DNA of 64,000 nt from Minisyncoccota bacterium. Lineage in GTDB: Bacteria; Patescibacteriota; Minisyncoccia; Phycocordibacterales; CAIZLB01. Numbering within the stretch: position 1 is the first letter of the stretch; each line of letters begins with the position of its first letter. The notes below the pieces were generated by a model. The model saw only the letters and a list, made by a program, of their open reading frames with translations, was not told the DNA's origin and did no database searches. The translations under genes and the position numbers were made by a program. Positions 10,307-19,962 of this stretch are shown here, piece after piece. The stretch is from contig JAIPIA010000002.1 of assembly GCA_021734945.1 (NCBI GenBank), positions 45,594-109,593 on the forward strand, written 5' to 3'.

Positions 10307-10870
10307 ATGAAAATGAATTTATCAAATATGTCTAAGAAATCTAAAACTATTGCAGCTACCGCCTTTATACTCGGTGTAGCAGCTGTTGGCGCCGGCACTG
10401 TTTCAAGTACAGCCTTTGCTGATACAACTACAGAAACAAATCCTCGAGCAACACATATTACCAATCTCGTAACAGCACTCTCTCAAAGATTCAATCTAAA
10501 TTCTGCTGATGTCCAAACTGTAATTAATACGGTCATGGCAACAGAAAAGACTGAAATGGATGCTAATCGATCACAGAACTTAGCTACCCGACTAGCCAAA
10601 GCAGTAACAGATGGAAAAATAACACAAGCACAGTCAAACCTCATAACAGCTAAAGTCCAGGAAAACAAAACTTTTATGGACAGTCTAGCGGGTAAGACTG
10701 CAGCCGAAAAAAAAGCAGCAATGCAAACATATCACGAAGCAATGACGAAGTGGGCGACCGACAATAATATTCCAAAAGGATTTATCCTTGGACCTCAAAT
10801 GGGTATAGGAGGAAAGGGTCACAGCAACTTCAAAGGGATGAATGGTGAAAAAGGTTTAGGAAATAAATAG
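10307..10870 (+). CDS. Secreted hypothetical protein (signal peptide)
   Basis: N-terminal signal peptide MSKKSKTIAATAFILGVAAVGAGTVSSTAFA. Confidence 0.5.
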   Translation: MKMNLSNMSKKSKTIAATAFILGVAAVGAGTVSSTAFADTTTETNPRATHITNLVTALSQRFNLNSADVQTVINTVMATEKTEMDANRSQNLATRLAKAVTDGKITQAQSNLITAKVQENKTFMDSLAGKTAAEKKAAMQTYHEAMTKWATDNNIPKGFILGPQMGIGGKGHSNFKGMNGEKGLGNK

Positions 10871-10929
10871 CATTGGAAATTCCCACAAAGGATATTGTGA
10901 AATGAGCTGTTAATTAAATATGTAATAGT

Positions 10930-10959
10930 AAAAAACCCTGTTGTGAGCAGGGTTTTTTA
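10930..10959. terminator. Bidirectional hairpin terminator (AACCCTG ttgtgag CAGGGTT flanked by A- and T-runs)
   Basis: Perfect 7-bp stem with A6 upstream and T6 downstream. Sits between convergent genes. Confidence 0.7.
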
Positions 10960-10985
10960 CTATCTTAAATTAGAACTTACTTTTA

Positions 10986-11360
10986 TCACTTACTACTATT
11001 AAAGAGTTTCAACTTCTCAAATCTAGAAAGTCTCTTTACTTCCGCTTCCCTCTTCCGTGATTCACTGAGAGTCTTGAATGTCTCGTGATATACCAAACTC
11101 ACTGGTCGTCGAATCTTTGTGTAATGAGCACCTTGCTTAGAAGTATTATGTTGTACAAGACGCTTTTCGAGATTGTTAGTTGCACCAACATACAAAGTTT
11201 CATCAGCGCATTTTAAAATATATGTGAAATAAACCTCAATCAGTAACTTTTTACGTACACCTGCACGCGCCTTTAATCCCTCATATGTTTTCAATCCCGC
11301 ACGTGATTCTAATCTTGCGCGTACCTTTAATTTAGATTTTTCTTTGTCTTTCTTTGGCAT
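10986..11360 (-). CDS. GIY-YIG nuclease superfamily protein (UPF0213-like) with basic N-terminal tail
   Basis: YILKCADETLYVGATNNLEKRLVQHN GIY-YIG core. Confidence 0.65.
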   Translation of the reverse strand: MPKKDKEKSKLKVRARLESRAGLKTYEGLKARAGVRKKLLIEVYFTYILKCADETLYVGATNNLEKRLVQHNTSKQGAHYTKIRRPVSLVYHETFKTLSESRKREAEVKRLSRFEKLKLFNSSK

Positions 11361-11607
11361 CTTTAAATAAAGTTTTAAATATTTTCTCTAACATTACGGG
11401 GTTTAACTTATGCTCATCGGCAAGGATTTTAATTTTCGCAAGAATTTCTTTTTCTCTCTGTGGCTGATGTATTGGAACTTTATTTTCCTTTTTATATAAA
11501 CCCACTAATGGCATCAAAGACTGTCTCTTTGAGATTAGCTCAATAATTTTCATATCAAAATTATTTATCTTTTGTCTAAGGTTTTGGATATCTATTTTTC
11601 TTTTCAT
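11332..11607 (-). CDS. Chorismate mutase (AroQ class, monofunctional)
   Basis: 91 aa with the AroQ pattern R..I..ID..I..L...R......G..K......P...P.RE..IL. Confidence 0.65.
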   Translation of the reverse strand: MKRKIDIQNLRQKINNFDMKIIELISKRQSLMPLVGLYKKENKVPIHQPQREKEILAKIKILADEHKLNPVMLEKIFKTLFKDAKERQRKI

Positions 11608-11686
11608 ACATTATAATTTTAAAAACCTTATTTTACAATTTAGCGAATCTTATTTTATAATTATACCATTCTTAGATTTTTAATAT

Positions 11687-12364
11687 CTATTTTATAAGGA
11701 TATCTTTCTGACCGGGTCTTTTCAGCACTAACTCTACTTCAGGAACTTCAAGTTCCAAATTCCCTACTATTTTTTCCGCGACACTTTCAACTGACATAAA
11801 TTCGTCTATATTCTCTGGTGGTTGTTCATCAAATAAACCAGTTTTTATACCTCCAGGATAGACACCAACAATTTGTACACCTGAGCCCTTGAGCTCATCC
11901 CTAACGGCATTTGTCAGCCCTCGCAGTGCATACTTGCTAGACACATATATTGAACCACTTGAACCATTCATTCCATCAAAGGCAGTAGTAGAAATTATAT
12001 TCATTATCGTACCACTCCCACTTGGTTTCATGAATTTTAGGGCAGACCGTATTCCATACATAGTACCAAATACATTTACCTGAAAAAGCTTATTTGCTTT
12101 CTCCATACTAGTATTTTCAATATTTTCACGTGGAAGCCATATACCTGCATTATTTATCCAAACGTCTATTCTGCCAAACTTGGAAAAGACATCTTCTGCA
12201 ACACGCTGGAGATCCGACTCTTTTGTTACGTCAGCTTGATGCGAAGCACCAGCTATATCGCATATAACAACATGAGCCTCTTTCTCAATCAAAATATTAG
12301 CCACTGCTTTCCCTAAGCCGCCCGCTCCACCCGTTATTACTATTACTTTGTCTTTGAGGTTCAT
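11687..12364 (-). CDS. SDR-family oxidoreductase
   Basis: TGGAGGLG Rossmann motif, NNAG, YxxxK catalytic context. Confidence 0.85.
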   Translation of the reverse strand: MNLKDKVIVITGGAGGLGKAVANILIEKEAHVVICDIAGASHQADVTKESDLQRVAEDVFSKFGRIDVWINNAGIWLPRENIENTSMEKANKLFQVNVFGTMYGIRSALKFMKPSGSGTIMNIISTTAFDGMNGSSGSIYVSSKYALRGLTNAVRDELKGSGVQIVGVYPGGIKTGLFDEQPPENIDEFMSVESVAEKIVGNLELEVPEVELVLKRPGQKDILIK

Positions 12365-12502
12365 ATTGAAATAAAATGGACAGCTTTTTTATTGAACAAA
12401 GCCTCAGCAATCTGACTTCTACCAACATTCCCACGACATAAAAATAGTATTTGTTTCATAGTGGGATTATAGCATTTAATGTAGACATCAACAGCCTCAC
12501 AC

Positions 12503-12536
12503 AAAAGACGCACCCTTATGCAAGATGCGTCTTTTA
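12503..12536. terminator. Hairpin terminator (GACGCA ... TGCGTC flanked by A4 and T4)
   Basis: Inverted repeat with flanking A/T runs. Confidence 0.5.
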
Positions 12537-12560
12537 TACTGTAACTTATACACCTCTGCT

Positions 12561-12869
12561 CTATATCAGTGGTGGATTCTGTATAAGAGTTCCGTCTATC
12601 AATGCTTTGTGAAAATTTGCATTTTCATCCTCGAGTTGCTTATTTCTTTTTTTAAGCTGTGCAAACTCAGTACGTGTCTTAACTATCTCTGGAATACTTA
12701 AGAGAACTGAAACCAGAAATCCAGCAATAAGTGCCAATATTAATATCAGCGCTAATGATCCTTCTATTTGCCAAACTAAGAAGTTTAGACTCACAGAAAT
12801 CATATTTTGTAGAGCGAATATAACAGTAAGTGCGCCGATGAGCAGTCCAAGAATTAGGAATAAAAACAT
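12561..12869 (-). CDS. LapA/DUF1049-like small membrane protein (two TM plus coiled coil)
   Basis: 102 aa. Two hydrophobic helices, then a QLKKRNKQLEDENANFHKAL coiled-coil tail. Confidence 0.45.
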   Translation of the reverse strand: MFLFLILGLLIGALTVIFALQNMISVSLNFLVWQIEGSLALILILALIAGFLVSVLLSIPEIVKTRTEFAQLKKRNKQLEDENANFHKALIDGTLIQNPPLI

Positions 12870-12900
12870 GATAATAATTTATAGTAATCTTTTAATGTAT

Positions 12901-14025
12901 CTACTTTGTTTTGAAAGAAACTACTGACCCTACAACAGTTCCATATTCATTTCGTGACACCATTCTATAATAATACTTTGTATTTCTTCGAAGGTCTGTA
13001 ACATCTGCCTTTATTCCTATAGCCGCTTCATCACCTTTCATAAATTGATTTGGTGTCACTGTACCTATTATTCCACCAAGCAATGAATCATCACTGTATT
13101 CAAACCAATATGTTGTATCTCCTCCATTTGGATCTAGGCGCCCATTCATAGTGACTGAAGATGTAGAAATATTTGTTGGATTATTTGTCTTGATAATTGG
13201 AGAATTTGAATTAGCAGGACCTGATGTTGTAAAACTACTTAATGTCCCATTCACAGTTCCAAATTGATTTTGTGCATTTATTCTATAGTAGTATTTTGTC
13301 AAAGGATTCAAGCCGGAAATAGCCCCAGTCACCGATGTCGAAACTTGATTGCCAGCTATGTATCCAAATGTTGTTACATTACCCAAGGATGTTCTCTCTC
13401 CATATTCAAACCACCATGTTGTCTGACTACCATTTGAATTTATTTTTCCATTAAGATTTGCACTTGAACGTTCCACATTTGTTGAACTTGTTGTTTGTAC
13501 ACTTGGAGCCTTACCTGGAACTGCTGGCGTATCGTTTGTAGTAAATGATCTTACTTCGCCTCTAGTGATACCCTCACTGTTCTGTGCATTTAGACGAAAA
13601 TAGTACTGAGTATTTGTTTTAAGCCCGGTAATGTTTAAAGGCGCCGCAATAGGAGTATATCCTGCTCCCACATCTTGCTTACTTGTATGATTAAAAATTG
13701 AAGTCGTAGGCCCGTAATCAAACCAATACGAAGTTTGTGCACCATTAGGTGTCACCTTACCTGAAACGAGCGCTGTCGAATTTGAAATAACCGCTTCAGT
13801 ATTTGTTTGAACACTTGGTGCACTCACAGCACGAGCTGGAGTTGGTGTGTTTGCTGTTGACGAAGATTGATTATCTGTAGTGTTTAAATTTGTATTTGCA
13901 GGCACAGTAGAAGAAGCGTTCTGATCTGTCTGAGGTACACCTGATCCATTATTTTTAAAAGCCATATACCCCAAAACTAATACAAGGACTGCAACTACTA
14001 CACTTATAGTTATATTTTTATTCAT
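12901..14025 (-). CDS. Secreted/anchored protein with three tandem Fn3-like repeat domains
   Basis: N-terminal TM/signal. Three repeats of about 90 aa, each with TxYWFEYG ... YYYR(I/M)xAQN ... G ... SFTT. Confidence 0.6.
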   Translation of the reverse strand: MNKNITISVVVAVLVLVLGYMAFKNNGSGVPQTDQNASSTVPANTNLNTTDNQSSSTANTPTPARAVSAPSVQTNTEAVISNSTALVSGKVTPNGAQTSYWFDYGPTTSIFNHTSKQDVGAGYTPIAAPLNITGLKTNTQYYFRLNAQNSEGITRGEVRSFTTNDTPAVPGKAPSVQTTSSTNVERSSANLNGKINSNGSQTTWWFEYGERTSLGNVTTFGYIAGNQVSTSVTGAISGLNPLTKYYYRINAQNQFGTVNGTLSSFTTSGPANSNSPIIKTNNPTNISTSSVTMNGRLDPNGGDTTYWFEYSDDSLLGGIIGTVTPNQFMKGDEAAIGIKADVTDLRRNTKYYYRMVSRNEYGTVVGSVVSFKTK

Positions 14026-14129
14026 GCACTACTAGACGCCCGACATGAGTTATTCTTACCAAAAACAAAGATTCTATACAGCTTTTCAATACTCAGCGAG
14101 GCAGCATGTTATCTTTATGTGTACTTCCT

Positions 14130-14939
14130 CTACTTAATACGTGTAAATGAGTTTACCCCACCACGCTCCATATATATGAGTTCAAGACTTTCAGGAGTGA
14201 TTTTTGTAACTTTAAAATCAAGTACACTCTCTTTATCTGTAGAATCTGTCAATTGAACATAGATAGCATCTTTTTCTAGAGGAAATGAAACTTTCAAAGG
14301 TTTTTCACTCGTAAAGACATTCCAATTCCCACTTGTCACAAGTTTCCCATCATAATAATCACTCACCCCACCTGTCTTTGTAAATTCACGTACAAATTTT
14401 GTATCTTGTATACTTTGCCACTTGCCAACAAGACTTTCAGAAACTAATAACGAAACATCAGGTTTAACAAATGAACCTCCATTTGTTGCAAATCCAGCAC
14501 CACCCTCACCTGCATCACCAAAATTCATTGGTGCATTATTTGCATCTACTGGCTGAGAACATGTAGTTGTCTTTTTATTTGCTTTAGATGTTACAGACAC
14601 CTCTTCTCCTGCAAAGACATATACATAATAAGCATCTTCAAATCGTTGACCCAAACCATTTACACGTGGAAGAGTTCTCGCGATATTTCCATTTACAATA
14701 ATATTAACTTTGGAATCGTCTGGAAACTCTGCGATAAAATGTGTCTTGTCTACACATGAAAAAGATGCCCCTAGAACCTGTGTATTGTTCTGAGTATTTG
14801 TACCTGTACTTTGAGCTGTGCTACTCGCAATATTTGCTTCTCCTTTTACGATACCGTTTTTTACTCCTTTATAATAAGAAAAGGCGCCAACAATAATCAG
14901 AAGTACCCCTAAAAGCACAATAGTTGTTTTTGTATTCAT
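14130..14939 (-). CDS. Membrane-anchored hypothetical protein
   Basis: N-terminal TM helix, Thr/Asn-rich linker, no catalytic motif. Confidence 0.4.
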   Translation of the reverse strand: MNTKTTIVLLGVLLIIVGAFSYYKGVKNGIVKGEANIASSTAQSTGTNTQNNTQVLGASFSCVDKTHFIAEFPDDSKVNIIVNGNIARTLPRVNGLGQRFEDAYYVYVFAGEEVSVTSKANKKTTTCSQPVDANNAPMNFGDAGEGGAGFATNGGSFVKPDVSLLVSESLVGKWQSIQDTKFVREFTKTGGVSDYYDGKLVTSGNWNVFTSEKPLKVSFPLEKDAIYVQLTDSTDKESVLDFKVTKITPESLELIYMERGGVNSFTRIK

Positions 14940-14957
14940 AATACTAGTAGTATAAAA

Positions 14958-15434
14958 CTAAATCTGGTTAAATGCATCCTCAAGGTCCTTAATCACAAGC
15001 TTCTTCATTTTCAACATTGCCTGCTGTACTTTACCAGCTTTCTCTCTATCAGAATCACCCATGAGTCGCCCGAGAGCTGTCGGTACAACTTGCCATGAGA
15101 CACCAAACTTATCTTTGAGCCAACCACACTGTTCAGATTCAGGAACTGCCGATAAACTATTCCAATAATGGTCAACTTCCTCTTGTGTATCACAACTGAT
15201 CACAAAAGAAATAGATTCATTAAACTTTTGAAATGGACCCGCAGTCATGAGAGTAAATTCCTGATTAAAAATTTGGATAGTAAATATTTCAACAGTACCT
15301 GATGGAGTATCATCGAGTTTTGATTCGTCTTCAATTTTTGCGTTTTCACCAAACACTGAAAGATAAAATTTTGCAGCCTCTCGCGCCCCTGTTTCAAACC
15401 AAAGAAATGGTGTAATTTTTTGTGTGTTTTTCAT
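14958..15434 (-). CDS. VOC-family protein, PhnB-like (3-demethylubiquinone-9 3-methyltransferase domain)
   Basis: ITPFLWFETGAREAAKFYLSVF N-terminal signature of the PhnB-like VOC family. Confidence 0.65.
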   Translation of the reverse strand: MKNTQKITPFLWFETGAREAAKFYLSVFGENAKIEDESKLDDTPSGTVEIFTIQIFNQEFTLMTAGPFQKFNESISFVISCDTQEEVDHYWNSLSAVPESEQCGWLKDKFGVSWQVVPTALGRLMGDSDREKAGKVQQAMLKMKKLVIKDLEDAFNQI

Positions 15435-15489
15435 ACCCTGTGATTATACCATCTGAAACAAAATGTGAATGGGACGAAAATATAAATAA

Positions 15490-15536
15490 AAAAAACGCCA
15501 TCACGCACGAAGCAATGATGGGGTTTGGTTTTTTTG
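15490..15536. terminator. Hairpin (CCATCA ... TGATGG) flanked by A8 and a T-rich run; terminator-like on both strands
   Basis: 6-bp stem with a 13-nt loop, then GGTTTGGTTTTTTT. Confidence 0.45.
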
Positions 15537-15596
15537 CACTGGTTAAGGGTGCGGGGGGGGGTGATGAGTAAAAGTAGGCGAACTAAATTCACATCA

Positions 15597-15622
15597 TCTG
15601 CTGCTGTTGCTGTTGCTGAGCA
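15597..15622. repeat. (CTG/TTG)n trinucleotide microsatellite (CAG/CAA on the minus strand)
   Basis: catCTGCTGCTGTTGCTGTTGCTGagc. Would encode poly-Q in the minus-strand ORF 15589..16068. Confidence 0.6.
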
Positions 15623-16231
15623 GACGTTTGACAGTGACCACGATATGAACCACTTTTAAGGAGTACTTTTGCTTTCGCGGCAGTATCTACCTTAGTTGTG
15701 TGATGCAATCCTGCTGGTACATACCCTAGAGGGCAGTGACCGTAAGAACAGTCACGCGAGCTTCTGAAACGACCTGATGATTGCGAGGACCAGTTAAGAA
15801 TCACCGGAATCGCGCGGGCAGGTGTCACAGAAGGTTTCCCGTGACTATGCGCGGCAGGGTCTGCCACTTGATGGAGGGTTGAGATTAGACAAAACATTTT
15901 GAAGGTCTGGGGGGGTTGGGATTCTGAATTCGGATTAAAAGCTAAGCCTAACTTTCTCTCTGAGAAAGAACTAACACCGTGTTCACACGAAAACGGAAAT
16001 ATCAAAATAACACATTTCCCTGTTTTTAGCAAAGATTTTAGCAATAAATCGTCACAGTTAGACGCCACTGATGCGTATATGAATACATTGACAAATATCT
16101 ATAAGTGTATTATCGTAATACACAGTTCTTTTCAAATAATACCCCTACGCACTCATGTGTATAAGGTGTTCATATGGAAGAACAATCAACAACACCAACA
16201 ACATCATCACTACCTACCCCCCCACAATCCT

Positions 16232-16783
16232 ATGAAAACGACCCCAAGCAAGACCACCCTTCTCATCATCCTCGCAATCTCTCTCATCCTCTGCCTCTTC
16301 GGCGGGGATGTCACAGCTGGAGATATCAACACCGGCGCCAACAGCGGCGAGACGAGTTACATGATGAGTACCCTGACGCGTAAAGAGGTTATCCAAAAGA
16401 TTGCCCGCTGCCTGTCTGACAAAAAAGTGAGTGCCAAACTGAAAAATTGGCAACACAAAGAGGCGACCAAAAGTCTCAACATCGAATACTACGAGTGTAC
16501 GCTGTTCATGGAGGAAAAGACTGTAACTGTTCAGTACCTCCCACCACAGGATGGAGTGTCCGCTTCAATGACATTTTTTGTCACACAAAAGGACATTGAC
16601 CGTTGGTCAGTGTCAGTAAACACGGACGGCAACCTCCGCAGTGGAGTTGGCAAAGAGAAGGAGAAGACAATGATCCTCGATCAAGGACCAGTTGGTGCAG
16701 AGAACTTCGAATATTGGGCTCACAAAGGTGACCCCATGATCAATTCAGTCTTCACCAAACACCTCGAACCTATGTCAAAATAA
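16232..16783 (+). CDS. Secreted hypothetical protein. Likely true start at MKTTPSKTTLLIILAISLILCLFGG, not the longer 15899 ORF.
   Basis: A clear signal peptide begins at the internal Met. The upstream in-frame extension is low-complexity and GC-rich. A C7 tract lies 8 nt upstream of the ATG. Confidence 0.5.
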   Translation: MKTTPSKTTLLIILAISLILCLFGGDVTAGDINTGANSGETSYMMSTLTRKEVIQKIARCLSDKKVSAKLKNWQHKEATKSLNIEYYECTLFMEEKTVTVQYLPPQDGVSASMTFFVTQKDIDRWSVSVNTDGNLRSGVGKEKEKTMILDQGPVGAENFEYWAHKGDPMINSVFTKHLEPMSK

Positions 16784-16788
16784 GTTCA

Positions 16789-16836
16789 ACACGCGTATCT
16801 CTCGGTTCAATCCCTAGAGCTCTACGCGTTTTTTGT
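16789..16836 (+). terminator. Hairpin terminator (ACGCGTA ... TACGCGT plus T6)
   Basis: 7-bp outer stem with inner pairing, followed by TTTTTT. Confidence 0.55.
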
Positions 16837-16909
16837 TTATTCGAGTTTCTCGCTCAGACCTAGTATTTTAAAATGACACTAAATAAATATCCACAATAAA
16901 TATCCACAC

Positions 16910-17215
16910 TTACTTCCCTGCCATATTCATACCTTCAACACATTTACATGCATCATTGAATCCACCGAGATTTTCAACATCAGTGAATCCGAGCTTTCGG
17001 AAAATTACGCAAGCCATAGATGACCTTCCTCCAGAGGCACAGTGAAGTTTAAGAGGAGTATCTAATGTGACATCAGAATAATTTTCTCCAAGTCTATCAG
17101 TGACTTGTTGAGATGTTGCAGAATTTTCTTGCAAATCTCCAAGAGGGAAATTGATTGCGCCTTTGATGTGTGATTCTTGATATTCTTCTGGGGTGCGTAC
17201 GTCAATAATGATCAT
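16910..17215 (-). CDS. Rhodanese-domain sulfurtransferase
   Basis: CASGGRS active-site loop, single rhodanese domain of about 100 aa. Confidence 0.8.
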   Translation of the reverse strand: MIIIDVRTPEEYQESHIKGAINFPLGDLQENSATSQQVTDRLGENYSDVTLDTPLKLHCASGGRSSMACVIFRKLGFTDVENLGGFNDACKCVEGMNMAGK

Positions 17216-17238
17216 AAAAAAAATTAATATGTGTTTCT

Positions 17239-19962
17239 CTATTTTAATCCGGCGACAACACCTCTCGTGATAGGTCCAAAGTATCCTATCGCTGGCGTAA
17301 TGTTGTGCGCCTTTTGGAAATTGATAACAGCTTTTTGTGTGAGTGAACCAAAAAGATTTGTTTCGTTACCTACTGAACCAGGTCCTGTTTGAGTTAATAC
17401 GTTTCCATGCATATTGAGATACACTTGGAGCGCTTTAACATCGTCACCTGTCATACCTTTTTTGAGGTCTCTTGGGAATATATAAGTCTCTGCCATACTA
17501 CCAGTGGTAGAAACAGTACTCGATGCATTTGATGCAAATGCTATTGTTTGGGTAACCGTACTACTTTGACCCTGACTCAAAACTTGGTTTTGGTTACTTG
17601 AATCATACAAGCAGATAGCTTGATTATTGAGTACATTAGATTGATAGTTTATAGCTTTTGGATCTGCACAGCCATAGGTTTGAGTTGATATCTGGAATGA
17701 AGGAAGACCACCTGGCCCTTGCCCGAACAATGCAAATACTGAGAAACTTGGTGTTGTACAAGTAATACTATTAGCTGCTGTATCTACAAAACAAGTATCG
17801 AGACGTGACCATACACTATCATGATAATGATACAGCCAGAGAGTTGATTCATCTAACCCTACAATATCCTCATCTGAATATGTATAAGTAATAGTTACTG
17901 GCGCATCAAAAGAATCGAGAAGTGTTGTTTCATTTATAAAAGCCTTTACATCGAATACAGTAGACCCCACTCCATTGTAAGGTGTTTGTGAATTTGGAGG
18001 CACCCCGAGCGTATCAAGTGTAGTCGTAGCTGCTAATGCATGGATTTGTATGACAACAGAACTTGATGTTGAAGTAAAGTTATTTGGTGTAATTACACCA
18101 AACGTAGAGCTCGCTTGTGCAAGTGTTGTAGTAGCAGATGAACTTACGTTGATCGAAGATGTAGTCACTTGAGATGGTGTAGAACTTCCCGCACAGCCTG
18201 TCGTCATAAATGTTTGATCAGATGAAGTGGCTGTATTTGATGAATCATCTGAAGAGACAACCGCAAAGTGATATGACGAGCATGCAATAAGATTAGAAAG
18301 TGCAACTGTATGAGAAAGAACAAATGGAGAAATATCTACCACATGAGTACTTGTACTATACGAACTTGTTGGACCATAACTAACAATACTTGAGGCAAGC
18401 TCGTCAGTTGTCCATGTAATTGTAGATGTAGTTGAAGCTGTTGAAGTTGATATGTTGGTAATAACTGGAGGTGTGACATCGGCAGCGGTAACTATAGTGA
18501 CATTTTTTGCTGCAACTGTTGGAAGCGAGTTTGAAGTTCCGAACTCAGCAACATACCCAGTTAGGTTTACTCCTGAACATGGTAAATCATTCCATCTTCC
18601 ACTTCCAGAATAGTACTGCGCACAATCCTCATTACTACCACTGTCATTTGGTTCACCACTGTTCCAATTTGCATAATATTCACCTACTGCATGTCCTCCA
18701 CCAGAACTAGTCCAAAATGATACACCTGACTCAGGTCCTGCTTTCCATTTCCAATCGCCTTCCGTTATGCTATCACTCGCACCAATCCACCCATCAGCTG
18801 TAAGACGTTCAGAAATAAAAGCATTCTCTGCTGATGATGTAATAGTCGCAAGGTATCCACTAACGCCATACGCAGTTTGATTTGGTGCTGCAGCTAGGGC
18901 ATTATTCCACGTACCTGTTGAAGTAATAAATTTATATATGTGTCCATTATCAGGGAAAAATACCTCTCCAGAATTTACAAGTGAAACTTCGAGAGTGTCT
19001 GTACCTACTGATGTTGGTGTATACACGAGTGATGCAAGTGCATTATTAATATTCGTAATACTTCCACTGAAATACAATGTCGAACCAGTCTGTGAACCTG
19101 TAAACGTTAAACCTGTTGTTGTACTCATAGAGAGACTACCATTTGATACTAAAAGTTTAACTGGAGTAGACGTTGTTGCATTTCCTTCTATTTGCAAATC
19201 TGTAATAGGAAGTGCTGTACTTGGTCGAGTGCTTAGACTACTTGTGCCAACAAGAGTGAGAGGTGTCGGCACTAAACTCGTATATGTAATATCATCAACA
19301 TAATCTGTACCAACAGCTGCGCCATAACCAGCAGTATACTGTGTGAGACCTGAGGTATAAGTACTATCTGTTGTGGTAGCAATATGCGTCCATGTAGTTC
19401 CATCATTTGAATAATCAAAACCCTGCTGATTACCTACTACTGTTGCTTTATAATATCGTGGACCTGCCTTAGCTAGACTTCCACTATAGAGTGATGTAAA
19501 TCCTGACGAAGTAACTGACCAAATATAAACACTATTTGTTTCATACACTTGAAATAGATATCCGAGCCGTGCACTTTCGTGAGATGCAAGGTTTGTTCCA
19601 GTAGACTGTGCGCGCAAAATGAAACCATCATGCCCTGTTGCCGATGAATATTCTTCTTTCCATGTGACTGAATAGTCAGTAGTAGACGCAAATGAATCAA
19701 ATATAATACCCGCCACTTCACCAGTTTTAGATGTAGCTCTGAGTGCGTTACTAAAAGTAGTACTACTAGCAACTGCAAATGCACCACCTGTTACAGTAGT
19801 GTTAGCAGGCTGACTTCCGAGAGTATCAGATGAGAAGTTGTATATAGTAGATGCATACGTCAACACTGGCAATGCAAACAATGCAAACACAAACAGAGTA
19901 GATAAAGAGGTAATGTTAATACCCAAAAGACGAAAGACTAGTTTCTTCATAATTAGAATCAA
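17239..19962 (-). CDS. Large secreted multidomain surface protein: C-type lectin-like domain, Fn3-like domain, C-terminal PG_binding_1 domain
   Basis: CTLD signature WIGASD..EGDWKW...W..GEPND....EDCA......GRWNDLPC. C-terminal FPRDLKKGMTGDDVKALQVYLN...GYFGPITR peptidoglycan-binding repeat. Confidence 0.7.
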   Translation of the reverse strand: MILIMKKLVFRLLGINITSLSTLFVFALFALPVLTYASTIYNFSSDTLGSQPANTTVTGGAFAVASSTTFSNALRATSKTGEVAGIIFDSFASTTDYSVTWKEEYSSATGHDGFILRAQSTGTNLASHESARLGYLFQVYETNSVYIWSVTSSGFTSLYSGSLAKAGPRYYKATVVGNQQGFDYSNDGTTWTHIATTTDSTYTSGLTQYTAGYGAAVGTDYVDDITYTSLVPTPLTLVGTSSLSTRPSTALPITDLQIEGNATTSTPVKLLVSNGSLSMSTTTGLTFTGSQTGSTLYFSGSITNINNALASLVYTPTSVGTDTLEVSLVNSGEVFFPDNGHIYKFITSTGTWNNALAAAPNQTAYGVSGYLATITSSAENAFISERLTADGWIGASDSITEGDWKWKAGPESGVSFWTSSGGGHAVGEYYANWNSGEPNDSGSNEDCAQYYSGSGRWNDLPCSGVNLTGYVAEFGTSNSLPTVAAKNVTIVTAADVTPPVITNISTSTASTTSTITWTTDELASSIVSYGPTSSYSTSTHVVDISPFVLSHTVALSNLIACSSYHFAVVSSDDSSNTATSSDQTFMTTGCAGSSTPSQVTTSSINVSSSATTTLAQASSTFGVITPNNFTSTSSSVVIQIHALAATTTLDTLGVPPNSQTPYNGVGSTVFDVKAFINETTLLDSFDAPVTITYTYSDEDIVGLDESTLWLYHYHDSVWSRLDTCFVDTAANSITCTTPSFSVFALFGQGPGGLPSFQISTQTYGCADPKAINYQSNVLNNQAICLYDSSNQNQVLSQGQSSTVTQTIAFASNASSTVSTTGSMAETYIFPRDLKKGMTGDDVKALQVYLNMHGNVLTQTGPGSVGNETNLFGSLTQKAVINFQKAHNITPAIGYFGPITRGVVAGLK

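Noticed and set aside
15589-16068. Minus-strand 159-aa ORF with poly-Q C-terminus in the GC-rich island
   Set aside because: Low-complexity, Cys/His/Ser/Gly-rich composition driven by GC-rich DNA and a trinucleotide repeat. No protein-like features. Retained only as part of the finding on the island itself.
15899-16231. 5' extension of the + strand ORF 15899..16783
   Set aside because: A clear signal peptide begins at the internal Met (16232). The extension is low-complexity and spans homopolymer tracts. Start assigned at 16232.
16789-16836. tRNA-like T-loop (GGTTCAATCC) inside the terminator after the secreted-protein gene
   Set aside because: No room for D- and anticodon arms before the upstream stop codon, and no acceptor stem/CCA context. 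Interpreted as a terminator hairpin.
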